Below, piece after piece: positions 22,440 to 30,872 of a DNA stretch of 32,670 bases; positions within the stretch are counted from its first letter, which is position 1, and each line of letters opens with the position of its first letter. The notes under the pieces were generated by a model. It had not been told where the DNA came from. It saw only the letters and a list, made by a program, of their open reading frames with translations, and did not search any database. Origin of the DNA: Elusimicrobiota bacterium (GTDB lineage: Bacteria > Elusimicrobiota > Elusimicrobia > Elusimicrobiales > UBA9959); contig JAKLEK010000003.1 in NCBI GenBank assembly GCA_022703115.1, forward strand, positions 1 through 32,670, given 5' to 3'. The position numbers and the translations under genes were made by a program.

Positions 22440-23456
22440 TCAAAGCGTTATCGACATTTTTCCGCATTCCAGGAGCGCGGCTTCCAGTACCAGGCCGTGC
22501 GAAACGTTCTGGTTCAGGTACCGGCGGTACTCCAGCAGCTTCCTGATGAGAGCGGCGTGCGGGGAGGAAGGCAGGGGGGGGCGGGAGAGCCATTCTTTCC
22601 TGGCGGAGACCAGCAGCATATCCAGCATCAGCTTGGCTTCTTCCCGCGCCAGATAGGGTTCGCGGGGAAGCCCGGACACCAGCCTGAAGACGCCGCGCGG
22701 CCCGGCCGCCGCGCCGGCTATACGGTCGCGGACTTTCTTGATATCCATAGCCTTTCTTACCGAGCCGCCGGAAAGCCCTCCCAGGGTCCGCGCTTCCTCC
22801 GGGTCCATGCCGCCGCGCGTCAGGACGCCGGAAACCTCCTCCTGGGAAAGCCTGGAGAACTCGACCGCGCAGCTGCGGGATAGGATCGTGGGGATAAGGA
22901 GGTTCTTCTTGGCCGCCACCAGGATGAAAAGGTTGAAGGGCGGAGGCTCCTCCAGCACCTTCAGCATCGCGTTCTGAGACTGGTTGTTCAGGGTGTGCGC
23001 GTCGTTGACTATGAAGACCTTCCATTTCGAAAGGATCGCTTTCTGATAGACGTAGCGGGTGAATTCCCTCACGGTGTCTATGCGAAGGGTCCTCTGTTTC
23101 TGCTCGTCCTCGTCCAGCAGCAGGCCCTGGAACCGGGAGTCTATGACGCGCAGGTCCGGATGCACGCCCTTATCCGCCTGCGAGCATGAAACGCAGGCGC
23201 CGCAGGCGTCGGCCGAAGGCCCCTCCGGCGCGGGCTGGGCCGCTGGGGGGGGCTCGGAGAAAAGGCCGTCCGCCGCGTCCTCGCTTACGGCCGGGCCGGT
23301 GCAGTTTATGGCCTTGGCGAATTCCGACGCCGCCAGGAACTTGCCCACGCCTTCGGGGCCGTGGAAAAGCAGGGCGGGCGGCACGCGTTCCCCGGCGATG
23401 AGGGCGCGGAGCCTCTTTATCGCGTTCTTATGGCCTATGATATCCTGGAAAGACAT
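22440..23456 (-). CDS. holB: DNA polymerase III subunit delta prime
   Basis: The protein has LLFHGPEGVGK and a Cys module (C...CGACVSC), followed by HPDLRVID and an SRS/SRC motif (ILSRSCAVEF). It lies downstream of tmk. Confidence 0.85.
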   Translation of the reverse strand: MSFQDIIGHKNAIKRLRALIAGERVPPALLFHGPEGVGKFLAASEFAKAINCTGPAVSEDAADGLFSEPPPAAQPAPEGPSADACGACVSCSQADKGVHPDLRVIDSRFQGLLLDEDEQKQRTLRIDTVREFTRYVYQKAILSKWKVFIVNDAHTLNNQSQNAMLKVLEEPPPFNLFILVAAKKNLLIPTILSRSCAVEFSRLSQEEVSGVLTRGGMDPEEARTLGGLSGGSVRKAMDIKKVRDRIAGAAAGPRGVFRLVSGLPREPYLAREEAKLMLDMLLVSARKEWLSRPPLPSSPHAALIRKLLEYRRYLNQNVSHGLVLEAALLECGKMSITL

Positions 23457-23488
23457 AACGTGCCGGCGCGCGTGCGCGGCCGGAGCCC

Positions 23489-24148
23489 TCAGCCCTTTCC
23501 GGACGCCGCTCTCGCGCGGCCTTCCTTGAGGCCCAGTCTGGCGGCGACCAGCGATTTTATCTCGGCGTGTATCTCTTCTATGCCGCGGGCCGCGTCTATG
23601 CTGACCACGCCCGGCCTGGCGGCCAGGACCTTGTAGGCGCCGTTGACCCTGCGCCTGAAGCCGGCCGATTCCCTCTCCATCCTGTCCGCGCCGAAAAGTT
23701 TCTGCGCCAGCCTTTCCCGCTCCTCGAAGATCCTGCCCGGGACCCGCAGTACCACCGTCAGGTCCGGCGCTATCCCGCAGGTCGCTATTTTATTCAGGGT
23801 CTCCACCGTGGCCACCGGCAGTCTGCGTCCGTACCCCTGATAGGCCGTGGTCGACATGGTGAAGCGGTCGGAGACGACCACTTTCCCCGACGCCAGCGCC
23901 GGGAGGATTATGGACAGGGTGTGCTTGGCCCTGGAGGTCTCGTAAAGGAAAAGCTCGGTCAGGGGTTCTATCTGTTCTTTCGGGTCGAGAAGGATCTCGC
24001 GAAGCTTCTCCGAGAGGCGCGTGCCTCCGGGCTCCCGGGTAAGCAGCACTTTCCGCCGGCGTGACCTGAGCCATTGGGCCAGAAGCTTCGCCTGCGTCGA
24101 TTTTCCGGAACGGTCCGGACCCTCAAGGACGATGAAAAAACCCTTCAT
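23489..24148 (-). CDS. tmk: Thymidylate kinase
   Basis: The protein has FIVLEGPDRSGKSTQ (P-loop), TREPGGT, and the DR motif (VVSDRF). The start is at MKGFF; the 24229 extension is rejected. Confidence 0.9.
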   Translation of the reverse strand: MKGFFIVLEGPDRSGKSTQAKLLAQWLRSRRRKVLLTREPGGTRLSEKLREILLDPKEQIEPLTELFLYETSRAKHTLSIILPALASGKVVVSDRFTMSTTAYQGYGRRLPVATVETLNKIATCGIAPDLTVVLRVPGRIFEERERLAQKLFGADRMERESAGFRRRVNGAYKVLAARPGVVSIDAARGIEEIHAEIKSLVAARLGLKEGRARAASGKG

Positions 24149-24374
24149 GGGGATATGATAGCAAAGGGGCAAGACCGGAGTATAGCCGCGGCTCGGGCCC
24201 GGCCGGGCGCGGGGCGGTCCGGCGTGCATGGTGCCGGCGCGGGGAAAAAACCGTATAATAGTAAAGGAAAAGATTTACCTTTTAGGCAACATTTGCGCAA
24301 TACCGGGGTACTAAGATCGTATCTGTCGGGCGTTTGCCGGGCTGCGGGGCCGCATATTACGGAGCTGATACATT

Positions 24375-26612
24375 ATGAGCGAACAATTTGACGAAGCCTC
24401 ACTTAACGAGAAAGCGATAAACGACGTGGAGACGGCCAGACTGGCGCTGCGCTGGGCGCTGGACAAGATCCGCGTCCTGCAGGAGGAGGGGCTGCGCTCC
24501 AGGCAGACCCTTCAGGAGAAGACCTCCCAGGCGTCGTTCCTCGAGAACCAGCTTAAGAACAAGAACTCCGAGATGGAAAAGCTGCTGCGCGCGCACGACG
24601 AGGAGATGAAGTCCAGGCAGAATTCGCTGGAGATCCAGTTCCGTTCCAGGCTGGAAAGACTGGGCGAAAGGGAGAAGGAACTGGAGGAGAAGTCCGCCAG
24701 GCAGGAGGAGGCCTTCGGCGCGAAGGAGGCCAGGCTGGCCGCGGACTACCAGAAAAAATCCGAAGAGCTGCGCTCCCGCTGGGCGCAGGTCGAGGCCGAG
24801 CTGTGGCAGGTGCGTCAGGACCAGATGAAGAAGCAGCAGGAATTCGAGAAACTGCTGGCCTCCAGGCTGGAAGAGGAGCGCAGGAAGACGGCCGAAGAAC
24901 TGGGCGCCGCGAAGAGCGCTCTGGAGAGGACGTACGCCGACAGGCAGGCGGCCCTTGAGAAAAGGGAACAGCTCGCCGCGGAGGAGTTCAAGAAGCACGA
25001 GGCCGTCCTTAAATGGGCCAAGGACAGTTTTCAGCAGGAAGCCGCGGAAAGGGAAAAGGCGCTGAAGCAGAAGGAATCGGCGCTCGAGCTCAAACTGGCG
25101 GACAAGGACCGTGAGATCGAGGACTGCCGGGTCAAGATAAGCCTGCTGCAGACGCAGCTGTCCGAGCTGCCGGAGGCCGTGCGCCGCCGGGACGAGGACC
25201 TGAACAGATATAAACAGGCGATGGGCAGCCTGGAAGGGGTGATCCGCGCCCTGGAGAGCGAGAAGAAGAACCTTCAGTCGGACATGGAGCATAAGCTGCT
25301 GCGCCTGAGCGACGAACTGGCTGCGGAAAAGACCAGGTATTCCGAACTGGAGGCCGAGATCCCCAAACGTCTTAAGATCGCCATAGAGCACGAGCGCGGC
25401 CGTCTGTCCGAAAAGATCTCCGAGATGGAGAACGGCTACAGGGAGGACCTGCGCAAGCGCCAGGAGGAGATAGACTACCTCGAGCGCAACCTGAAGGTTT
25501 TCGAGGAGAACAGCAGGAACGTTCAGGCCGACCGGGACGGGCTCGTCCACAAGATAGAGCAGCTTCAGACGCAGTACAACGTCAAACAGGAAGAGGCCCT
25601 CTTCCGGGAGAAGCAGCTGCAGTCCGAATACGAGGTCCGGCTCAAGGTCGAGCTGGACAAGCATGCCGGCGCGCTGAAGGGCGAGATAGAATCCGCCAGG
25701 CGCATCTACGAGGACAATCTCCGGCTGAAGGTCGAGGAAATAGCCCATCTGCGCCGCGAACTCGAGGGCGCCGTGAACGATTCGATGTCGTACCAGGCGC
25801 AGGCCTCCGAGGCGCGCCGGGCGACCGACGCCGTCAAGGTCAAGGCGGACGCGGAGATAGCGGAACTGCGCGTCCAGCTCAAGGCGGCCTACGAGCGCCA
25901 GCTCGCCGAGGAGCTCGCCGCGGCGGGCGCCCGCCATGCGTCCGAAAAACAGCATCTCGCGGCGATGTACGAGGAACAGCTCAAGGACGCGGGGTTCGGC
26001 ATGTCCAGGAAGGAGGAGGAGATCCGGCGTCTCAGGGAGGAGCTCTCCAAGGCCCGGGAGGACGCCAGGCTGGCGGTGGAAGAGGAGCGCAGGCGCGGGA
26101 AAGCGGAGTCGCAGGCGCAGGAAGCGTCCTTCGCCGACACGGCCCGGCTGTACGAGGAAAAGATAGCGCAGCTGAACAGGGCTCTGGAGTCCGCCAGGGC
26201 CGCCAGGGAAGAGGCCGCGGCTTTCGAGCGGGAACGTCTGGAGCGCCTCTACGCTGAAAAAGAGAAGGACCTGGACCTTAAATACCGCAGGAAGGAACAG
26301 GAGGCCGCCGCTCTCCGGGAGGAGGTTGCGGGGCTGCGCGCCGAGCGGGAGCGCCTGATCGCCGACGGGGACAGGGACAAGGGGCTGGAAAGCGCCAGGG
26401 TGCGCGCGCTGAACGAGCGGATGACCGCCAGGGAAACGGAGTTCAGGCGCGAGCTGGATGAGGCCCTCGCCGGGAAGAACAGGGAACTGGACGCGGTCAG
26501 GCGGGCGGAGGAGGAGCGGGAGGCCGCCTACCGGAAGTCGCTGGAGGATTTCCGGACGAAACTTTCTGAAGCGATGACCAGGATAGAGGCCATGAAAAAG
26601 GGCGGGGAGTAA
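24375..26612 (+). CDS. 745-aa coiled-coil protein of unknown function (E/R/K/A/L/Q-rich, with no TM segment or recognisable globular domain)
   Basis: The long ORF has heptad-like composition throughout. GGAG lies about 11 nt upstream of the ATG, and TATAAT lies at 24254..24259. Confidence 0.75.
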   Translation: MSEQFDEASLNEKAINDVETARLALRWALDKIRVLQEEGLRSRQTLQEKTSQASFLENQLKNKNSEMEKLLRAHDEEMKSRQNSLEIQFRSRLERLGEREKELEEKSARQEEAFGAKEARLAADYQKKSEELRSRWAQVEAELWQVRQDQMKKQQEFEKLLASRLEEERRKTAEELGAAKSALERTYADRQAALEKREQLAAEEFKKHEAVLKWAKDSFQQEAAEREKALKQKESALELKLADKDREIEDCRVKISLLQTQLSELPEAVRRRDEDLNRYKQAMGSLEGVIRALESEKKNLQSDMEHKLLRLSDELAAEKTRYSELEAEIPKRLKIAIEHERGRLSEKISEMENGYREDLRKRQEEIDYLERNLKVFEENSRNVQADRDGLVHKIEQLQTQYNVKQEEALFREKQLQSEYEVRLKVELDKHAGALKGEIESARRIYEDNLRLKVEEIAHLRRELEGAVNDSMSYQAQASEARRATDAVKVKADAEIAELRVQLKAAYERQLAEELAAAGARHASEKQHLAAMYEEQLKDAGFGMSRKEEEIRRLREELSKAREDARLAVEEERRRGKAESQAQEASFADTARLYEEKIAQLNRALESARAAREEAAAFERERLERLYAEKEKDLDLKYRRKEQEAAALREEVAGLRAERERLIADGDRDKGLESARVRALNERMTARETEFRRELDEALAGKNRELDAVRRAEEEREAAYRKSLEDFRTKLSEAMTRIEAMKKGGE

Positions 26613-26635
26613 CCGCCGCCCTTCCGCGGCCGGGA

Positions 26636-26677
26636 AAAGGAAAGGCCGCCGGGGATACCCCCGGCGGCCTTTCCTTT
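26636..26677. terminator. Bidirectional intrinsic terminator between convergent genes
   Basis: A perfect 19-bp stem, aaaggaaaggccgccgggg / ccccggcggcctttccttt, closes a 4-nt loop. The A-rich 5' flank and U-rich 3' flank allow function on both strands. Confidence 0.75.
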
Positions 26678-26688
26678 GCGGCTCCGGA

Positions 26689-27168
26689 CTAGATCAGCTC
26701 GGTGGAGCAGTAGCCGGTGCAGGATATCACGCCGGTGACCACGTTGAAGGTGATCGGATAGGTCCCGTACCTCTCCGGCGGGGCCGGCGTTCCGGTGGCG
26801 GGGTTGGCCGCGAGGCGGGTCGCCGTGACGGTGCAGGAACCCTGGGTGCCGGTGCAGGTGTTGCAGCCGGCGGCTATCTGGTAGGAATAGACCTTGGTCG
26901 CGCAGGCGCCGGTGCCGGTGCAGTCCACTCCAGTCGCGTTCTTGATCGTTATATCCAGCCTGTCCCAGCTGTTGGTATACACGCCTTCCTTGGCGATGTT
27001 CCGCTCCTGGGCGGCCTTTATGCTGGCGAATATCGTCTTCGCCTCTGAAGTCCGGGACCGTTCCACGACTTTGAAGTACTGCGGTATGGCGACCGAAGCC
27101 AGCACGCCGATGATGAGCACGACGACCAGCAGTTCGACCAGCGTAAAACCTTTCCTGATATTGGACAT
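26689..27168 (-). CDS. Type IV pilin / pseudopilin with a prepilin-type N-terminal methylation motif and a Cys/Thr/Gly-rich C-terminus
   Basis: The N-terminus is MSNIRKG|FTLVELLVVVLIIGVLASVAIPQY. AGGAGA lies upstream of the ATG at 27168. The 27276 extension is rejected. Confidence 0.9.
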   Translation of the reverse strand: MSNIRKGFTLVELLVVVLIIGVLASVAIPQYFKVVERSRTSEAKTIFASIKAAQERNIAKEGVYTNSWDRLDITIKNATGVDCTGTGACATKVYSYQIAAGCNTCTGTQGSCTVTATRLAANPATGTPAPPERYGTYPITFNVVTGVISCTGYCSTELI

Positions 27169-27245
27169 GTTCTCTCCTGTTTGCCGAACGCCGGACTCTT
27201 TCCCCCCGCATCCGGCCACGGCCCGTTCGAGGCGCCGGCGTACCA

Positions 27246-27276
27246 ATTCTATAAACAAAGCCGGGGGCCGTGTCAA
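27246..27276 (-). promoter_or_regulatory. Promoter for the pilin gene: TTGACA-N17-TATAGA (or N19-TAGAAT)
   Basis: On the minus strand, TTGACA is at 27276..27271 and TATAGA at 27253..27248. This lies between tRNA-Lys and the pilin gene. Confidence 0.5.
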
Positions 27277-27285
27277 GCTGAAATT

Positions 27286-27357
27286 TGCGCCCGGCGCGAT
27301 TCGAACGCGCGGCCACCCGCTTAAAAGGCGGATGCTCTACCCCTGAGCTACGGGCGC
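27286..27357 (-). tRNA. tRNA-Lys (anticodon TTT)
   Basis: The reverse complement is gcgcccg-ta-gctc-aggggta-gagc-a-tccgc-cttttaa-gcggg-tggcc-gcgcg-ttcgaat-cgcgc-cgggcgc-a. It forms a full cloverleaf with a perfect acceptor stem. Confidence 0.92.
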
Positions 27358-27366
27358 GACGGTCTA

Positions 27367-27394
27367 ATTATACAAAATAACCCCCGCATTACAA
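27367..27394 (-). promoter_or_regulatory. Candidate tRNA-Lys promoter: TTGTAA-N16-TATAAT
   Basis: On the minus strand, TATAAT is at 27372..27367, about 10 nt upstream of the tRNA 5' end. Confidence 0.4.
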
Positions 27395-27520
27395 ATCAGG
27401 CCCGGCCCCGCCGGATTTGTGGATTTTTTCCGATTAGAATATAATGTACCGTGACGGGGCCGGTTCATCGGGCTTTCCGCCCGCGTCCGCCCGGCAAGGT
27501 CGCTTAGTTCCGCTTTAGCT

Positions 27521-28360
27521 ATGGCCTCTTCAAGAAGATACAGGGTGAAGATGCGCGTCAAGGTGAGGTACCGGTTCCTCAGGAACGCCGGCCTGACCCT
27601 GTCGGTGTGCGCCGCGGCCGTTCTCATCGTTTTTTCCGGATTGCGCGCGGCCCGCGCCCTCTCCGGCCTGTCGCCCGGGCGTTTTCTGGCCTTCAAGGCC
27701 GGTGAACTTTCGGTGGAAAGTCCCTCCAGGGAAGTATCGGCGGAGATTGAGCGGCGCATGTCGGGGAAGATGGGTTCGGCTTTTTTCAGTTCCGACGCCG
27801 CGGCGCTCGCGGCCGGCCTGAAAACGGACTTCCCGTCCCTGAACCGGGTGGAGGTGGAGCGGAGTTTCCTGCGCGGCCGGGTCAGCGTGAAGGCGGTCCC
27901 GGAGAGCGTGGTGGCGAAAGTGCGTCTGCTGCAGGCGGCGCGTCCCCCGGACGCGGCGCCGGGAGAGGAGAGGTATCTGGCCGAGGACGGCCGGCTTCTG
28001 ACCGAGAATTACGGACCGGAGCCGGCCGATATTTTCGGGGTCGAGCTGCGTTCCGGGGAGGGGCTGGCGCGGCTGGCGGTTTTCCTGAAGGAGTTCTCTC
28101 CTCTTTCCTCGGGGCTACTTTCCAGGCCGGTCAAGCTGGAATATCCGTCTCCCGGTTCCGGACGGGAAAGTACCTGCAGGCTGGAGCTGGCGAACGGCGC
28201 TTCGGTCCTGTGGGGGGATTTCGAATTCACTGAAGCCAAGGTCTCCAGGCTCAACGAGGTGCTTGCGGACGCTTCCGGCAGGGTCAAGGGGCCCTTGCGG
28301 GTGGATATGCGTTATTTCGGCGACGGCAAAGTTTTTGTTTCTAAAGCGGGCGATATTTAA
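27521..28360 (+). CDS. ftsQ: Cell division protein FtsQ/DivIB-like
   Basis: The protein has a basic N-terminus, a single TM segment (LTLSVCAAAVLIVF) and a periplasmic POTRA-like region. It lies immediately upstream of ftsA-ftsZ. Confidence 0.7.
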   Translation: MASSRRYRVKMRVKVRYRFLRNAGLTLSVCAAAVLIVFSGLRAARALSGLSPGRFLAFKAGELSVESPSREVSAEIERRMSGKMGSAFFSSDAAALAAGLKTDFPSLNRVEVERSFLRGRVSVKAVPESVVAKVRLLQAARPPDAAPGEERYLAEDGRLLTENYGPEPADIFGVELRSGEGLARLAVFLKEFSPLSSGLLSRPVKLEYPSPGSGRESTCRLELANGASVLWGDFEFTEAKVSRLNEVLADASGRVKGPLRVDMRYFGDGKVFVSKAGDI

Positions 28361-28406
28361 GTAGAATTTAGGCGGCACTTTCCCGGTCCGTTTTCGGAGC
28401 TTCTAT

Positions 28407-29642
28407 ATGGCAAAGTCAGACATCATCGCCGGCCTCGATATGGGGTCGAGCCGGGTCACATGCGTCCTGGCGGAGCACGATCCGGAGTCGGACAGGATCA
28501 AGATACTCTCAGGCGCGTCCATGCCGTGCAAAGGCCTCAAGGGCGGCGTGGTGGTCAATATAGCGGAAACCCAGCGCGTGATAGCGAACGTGATGGAATC
28601 CGCCGAGGAGAAGGCGAAGGAGATCGTCGGAGAAGTGTACCTCGGTGTCCGCGGCGGGCACATAATGACGTTCAATAACCGCGGGGCCTACAATATCGCC
28701 CGTTCCGACAAGGAAATAACGGCCGAGGACGTCTCCAACGTTATAGAGACCGCCAAGGCCATACCCGTCCAGTCCGATCGCGAGATCCTTCACGTCATTC
28801 CGCAGGGGTTTTCCCTGGACCGCCAGCGCGGCGTGCCCAATCCGGTGGGCATGGAGGGCGCCCTGCTGGAGGTGAGCGTCCACATAGTCACGGCGCAGAG
28901 CTCGCATATAAACAATCTCATGAAGTCGGTGTCGCAGGCCGGGTTCAGGGTCGTGGATACGGTTTACAATCTGCTCGCCATCGGCGAACTGGTCGTTTCT
29001 CCGGAAGAGAAGGACCTCGGCTGCCTTCTTATCGACATAGGCGGCCAGACGACTTCGGTGGGGGTCTACTACGAGGGAAGCCTCCGCTTCTCCAGCGAGA
29101 TACCTCTCGGGGGCGACCAGGTCACCAGGGATATAGCCTACGGACTGGGGACCTCGATGGCGACCGCGCAGGAGATAAAGGAGAAGCACGGCGCGGTCCT
29201 CTCCAGTCTGGTGGAAGAGGACAGGCTGCTCCAGATAACCGGCCTGGACGCCCGGACCAAGAAGGAGATAAAGGCCCGGGACCTGCTGGATTACGTCCAG
29301 CCCAGGACCGAAGAGATGTTCGAGAAGATAAACGCTTTCCTCCAGAACTGCAATTCCTCGGACCTTCCGGGCGGGGCGGTGCTGACCGGCGGCGGCGCCA
29401 TGCTGCGCGGCATGAACGAAGCGGCTGAACAGCTGCTTGACCTGAAACAGGCGCGGCAGGGCTTCGCGCGGCCGGACATCATAGACTGTCCGGAAGAATA
29501 CCAGAACCAGACCTACACTTCGGCTATCGGACTGGTCTGCTACCAGTATCTGAAACCCTGGGGAGTGAACGAGCCGGCGGCCAGGCGGCGGCCGCTGATG
29601 CTCCCGGCCGCCTGGTGGCGCTGGGCCAAGGACCTGTTCTAG
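28407..29642 (+). CDS. ftsA: Cell division protein FtsA
   Basis: The protein has the actin-fold motifs IAGLDMGSSRV and LIDIGGQTTSV. The C-terminus is an amphipathic membrane-targeting helix (WWRWAKDLF). Confidence 0.93.
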   Translation: MAKSDIIAGLDMGSSRVTCVLAEHDPESDRIKILSGASMPCKGLKGGVVVNIAETQRVIANVMESAEEKAKEIVGEVYLGVRGGHIMTFNNRGAYNIARSDKEITAEDVSNVIETAKAIPVQSDREILHVIPQGFSLDRQRGVPNPVGMEGALLEVSVHIVTAQSSHINNLMKSVSQAGFRVVDTVYNLLAIGELVVSPEEKDLGCLLIDIGGQTTSVGVYYEGSLRFSSEIPLGGDQVTRDIAYGLGTSMATAQEIKEKHGAVLSSLVEEDRLLQITGLDARTKKEIKARDLLDYVQPRTEEMFEKINAFLQNCNSSDLPGGAVLTGGGAMLRGMNEAAEQLLDLKQARQGFARPDIIDCPEEYQNQTYTSAIGLVCYQYLKPWGVNEPAARRRPLMLPAAWWRWAKDLF

Positions 29643-29690
29643 GGCCCGGTCCGGCCGGCGGTTCCGCCGGCCGGAGGTTCCGTTCTTCAT

Positions 29691-30845
29691 ATGACAGAAA
29701 CTCGCATCAGATACAGCGGCGACTTCCGTGATAAAGAAGCCAGGATAAAGGTCATCGGCGTGGGCGGCGGCGGCGGCAACGCCGTCAACCGCATGGTCGA
29801 GGCCGACATTCGCATGGTCGAGTTCGTGGCTTTCAACACCGACGCTCAGGACCTGCGGCGCAATAAGGCGCCCAACAGGGTGCAGATAGGCGAGAACCTC
29901 ACCAAGGGCCTGGGCGTCGGCGGTGACCCCGCGCGCGGCCGCGAGGCGGCGCTCGAGTCAGCCGACCTTATCAAGGAATCTCTCCTGGACGCCGACCTCA
30001 TCTTCATAACGGCCGGGATGGGCGGCGGTACCGGGACCGGCGCCGCCCCCGAAGTGGCTCAGCTCGCCAAAAAATTCACCTCCGCCCTGGTAATAGGCGT
30101 GGTTACCCGGCCGTTCGAGTTCGAGGGCACGGTGAGGGCCGCGCAGGCGGAGCAGGGGATATGCGAGATGCGCAGGCACGTCGATTCCCTTCTGGTCATC
30201 CCCAACGACAGGCTGAGGGAGGCCGTCGGGGTGGATACGACCGCGACCGAGGCGTACCGCGTGGCCGACGACGTGCTGAGGCAGGCGATACAGGGGATAT
30301 CGGACGTCATCACCACCGCCGGCATCATCAACGTGGACTTCCAGGACGTGCGCAAGATCATGACCAAGTCCGGAGAGGCGCTTATAGGCATCGGCCGGGC
30401 GTCCGGCGAGAAGCGCCATCTGGAGGCGGCGTCCCAGGCCATACGCTCCCCCATGCTGGAGAACGCGGTCATAGACGGGGCCAAAGGTATCCTGGTCAGC
30501 TTCACAAGCGCCAAGAACCTCAAGCTTTCCGAGATCGAAGAGGCTATGGAGTACATTAGGAAGTCCTCCAATCCGGACGCTTTCATCAAGTTCGGCCAGG
30601 CCGACGACGAGACCATGGGCGAGGACCTGAAGATAACGGTGATAGCCACCGGCTTCCCCTCGCGCCCCAAGAACGACCTCTGCCTGGACCTGGAAAGACG
30701 GCGCGGCAGGAAGCGGCCGCGGCCTTCGGACGATTTTTTCGATAATATGGGGAACGCCGGCATGATCCTCGCCGGTATGCAGGACGAGGACCTGGACAAA
30801 CCCGCTTTCCTGAGAAGGAAGGCCGGGGCGCGGCGGCTTAAATAA
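29691..30845 (+). CDS. ftsZ: Cell division GTPase FtsZ
   Basis: The protein has IKVIGVGGGGGNAVNRM, the tubulin signature GGGTGTGAAP, NTDAQ, and the C-terminal peptide DLDKPAFLRRK. Confidence 0.97.
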   Translation: MTETRIRYSGDFRDKEARIKVIGVGGGGGNAVNRMVEADIRMVEFVAFNTDAQDLRRNKAPNRVQIGENLTKGLGVGGDPARGREAALESADLIKESLLDADLIFITAGMGGGTGTGAAPEVAQLAKKFTSALVIGVVTRPFEFEGTVRAAQAEQGICEMRRHVDSLLVIPNDRLREAVGVDTTATEAYRVADDVLRQAIQGISDVITTAGIINVDFQDVRKIMTKSGEALIGIGRASGEKRHLEAASQAIRSPMLENAVIDGAKGILVSFTSAKNLKLSEIEEAMEYIRKSSNPDAFIKFGQADDETMGEDLKITVIATGFPSRPKNDLCLDLERRRGRKRPRPSDDFFDNMGNAGMILAGMQDEDLDKPAFLRRKAGARRLK

Positions 30846-30872
30846 AGGACCGACACGAGGGGACCGCTCTGT

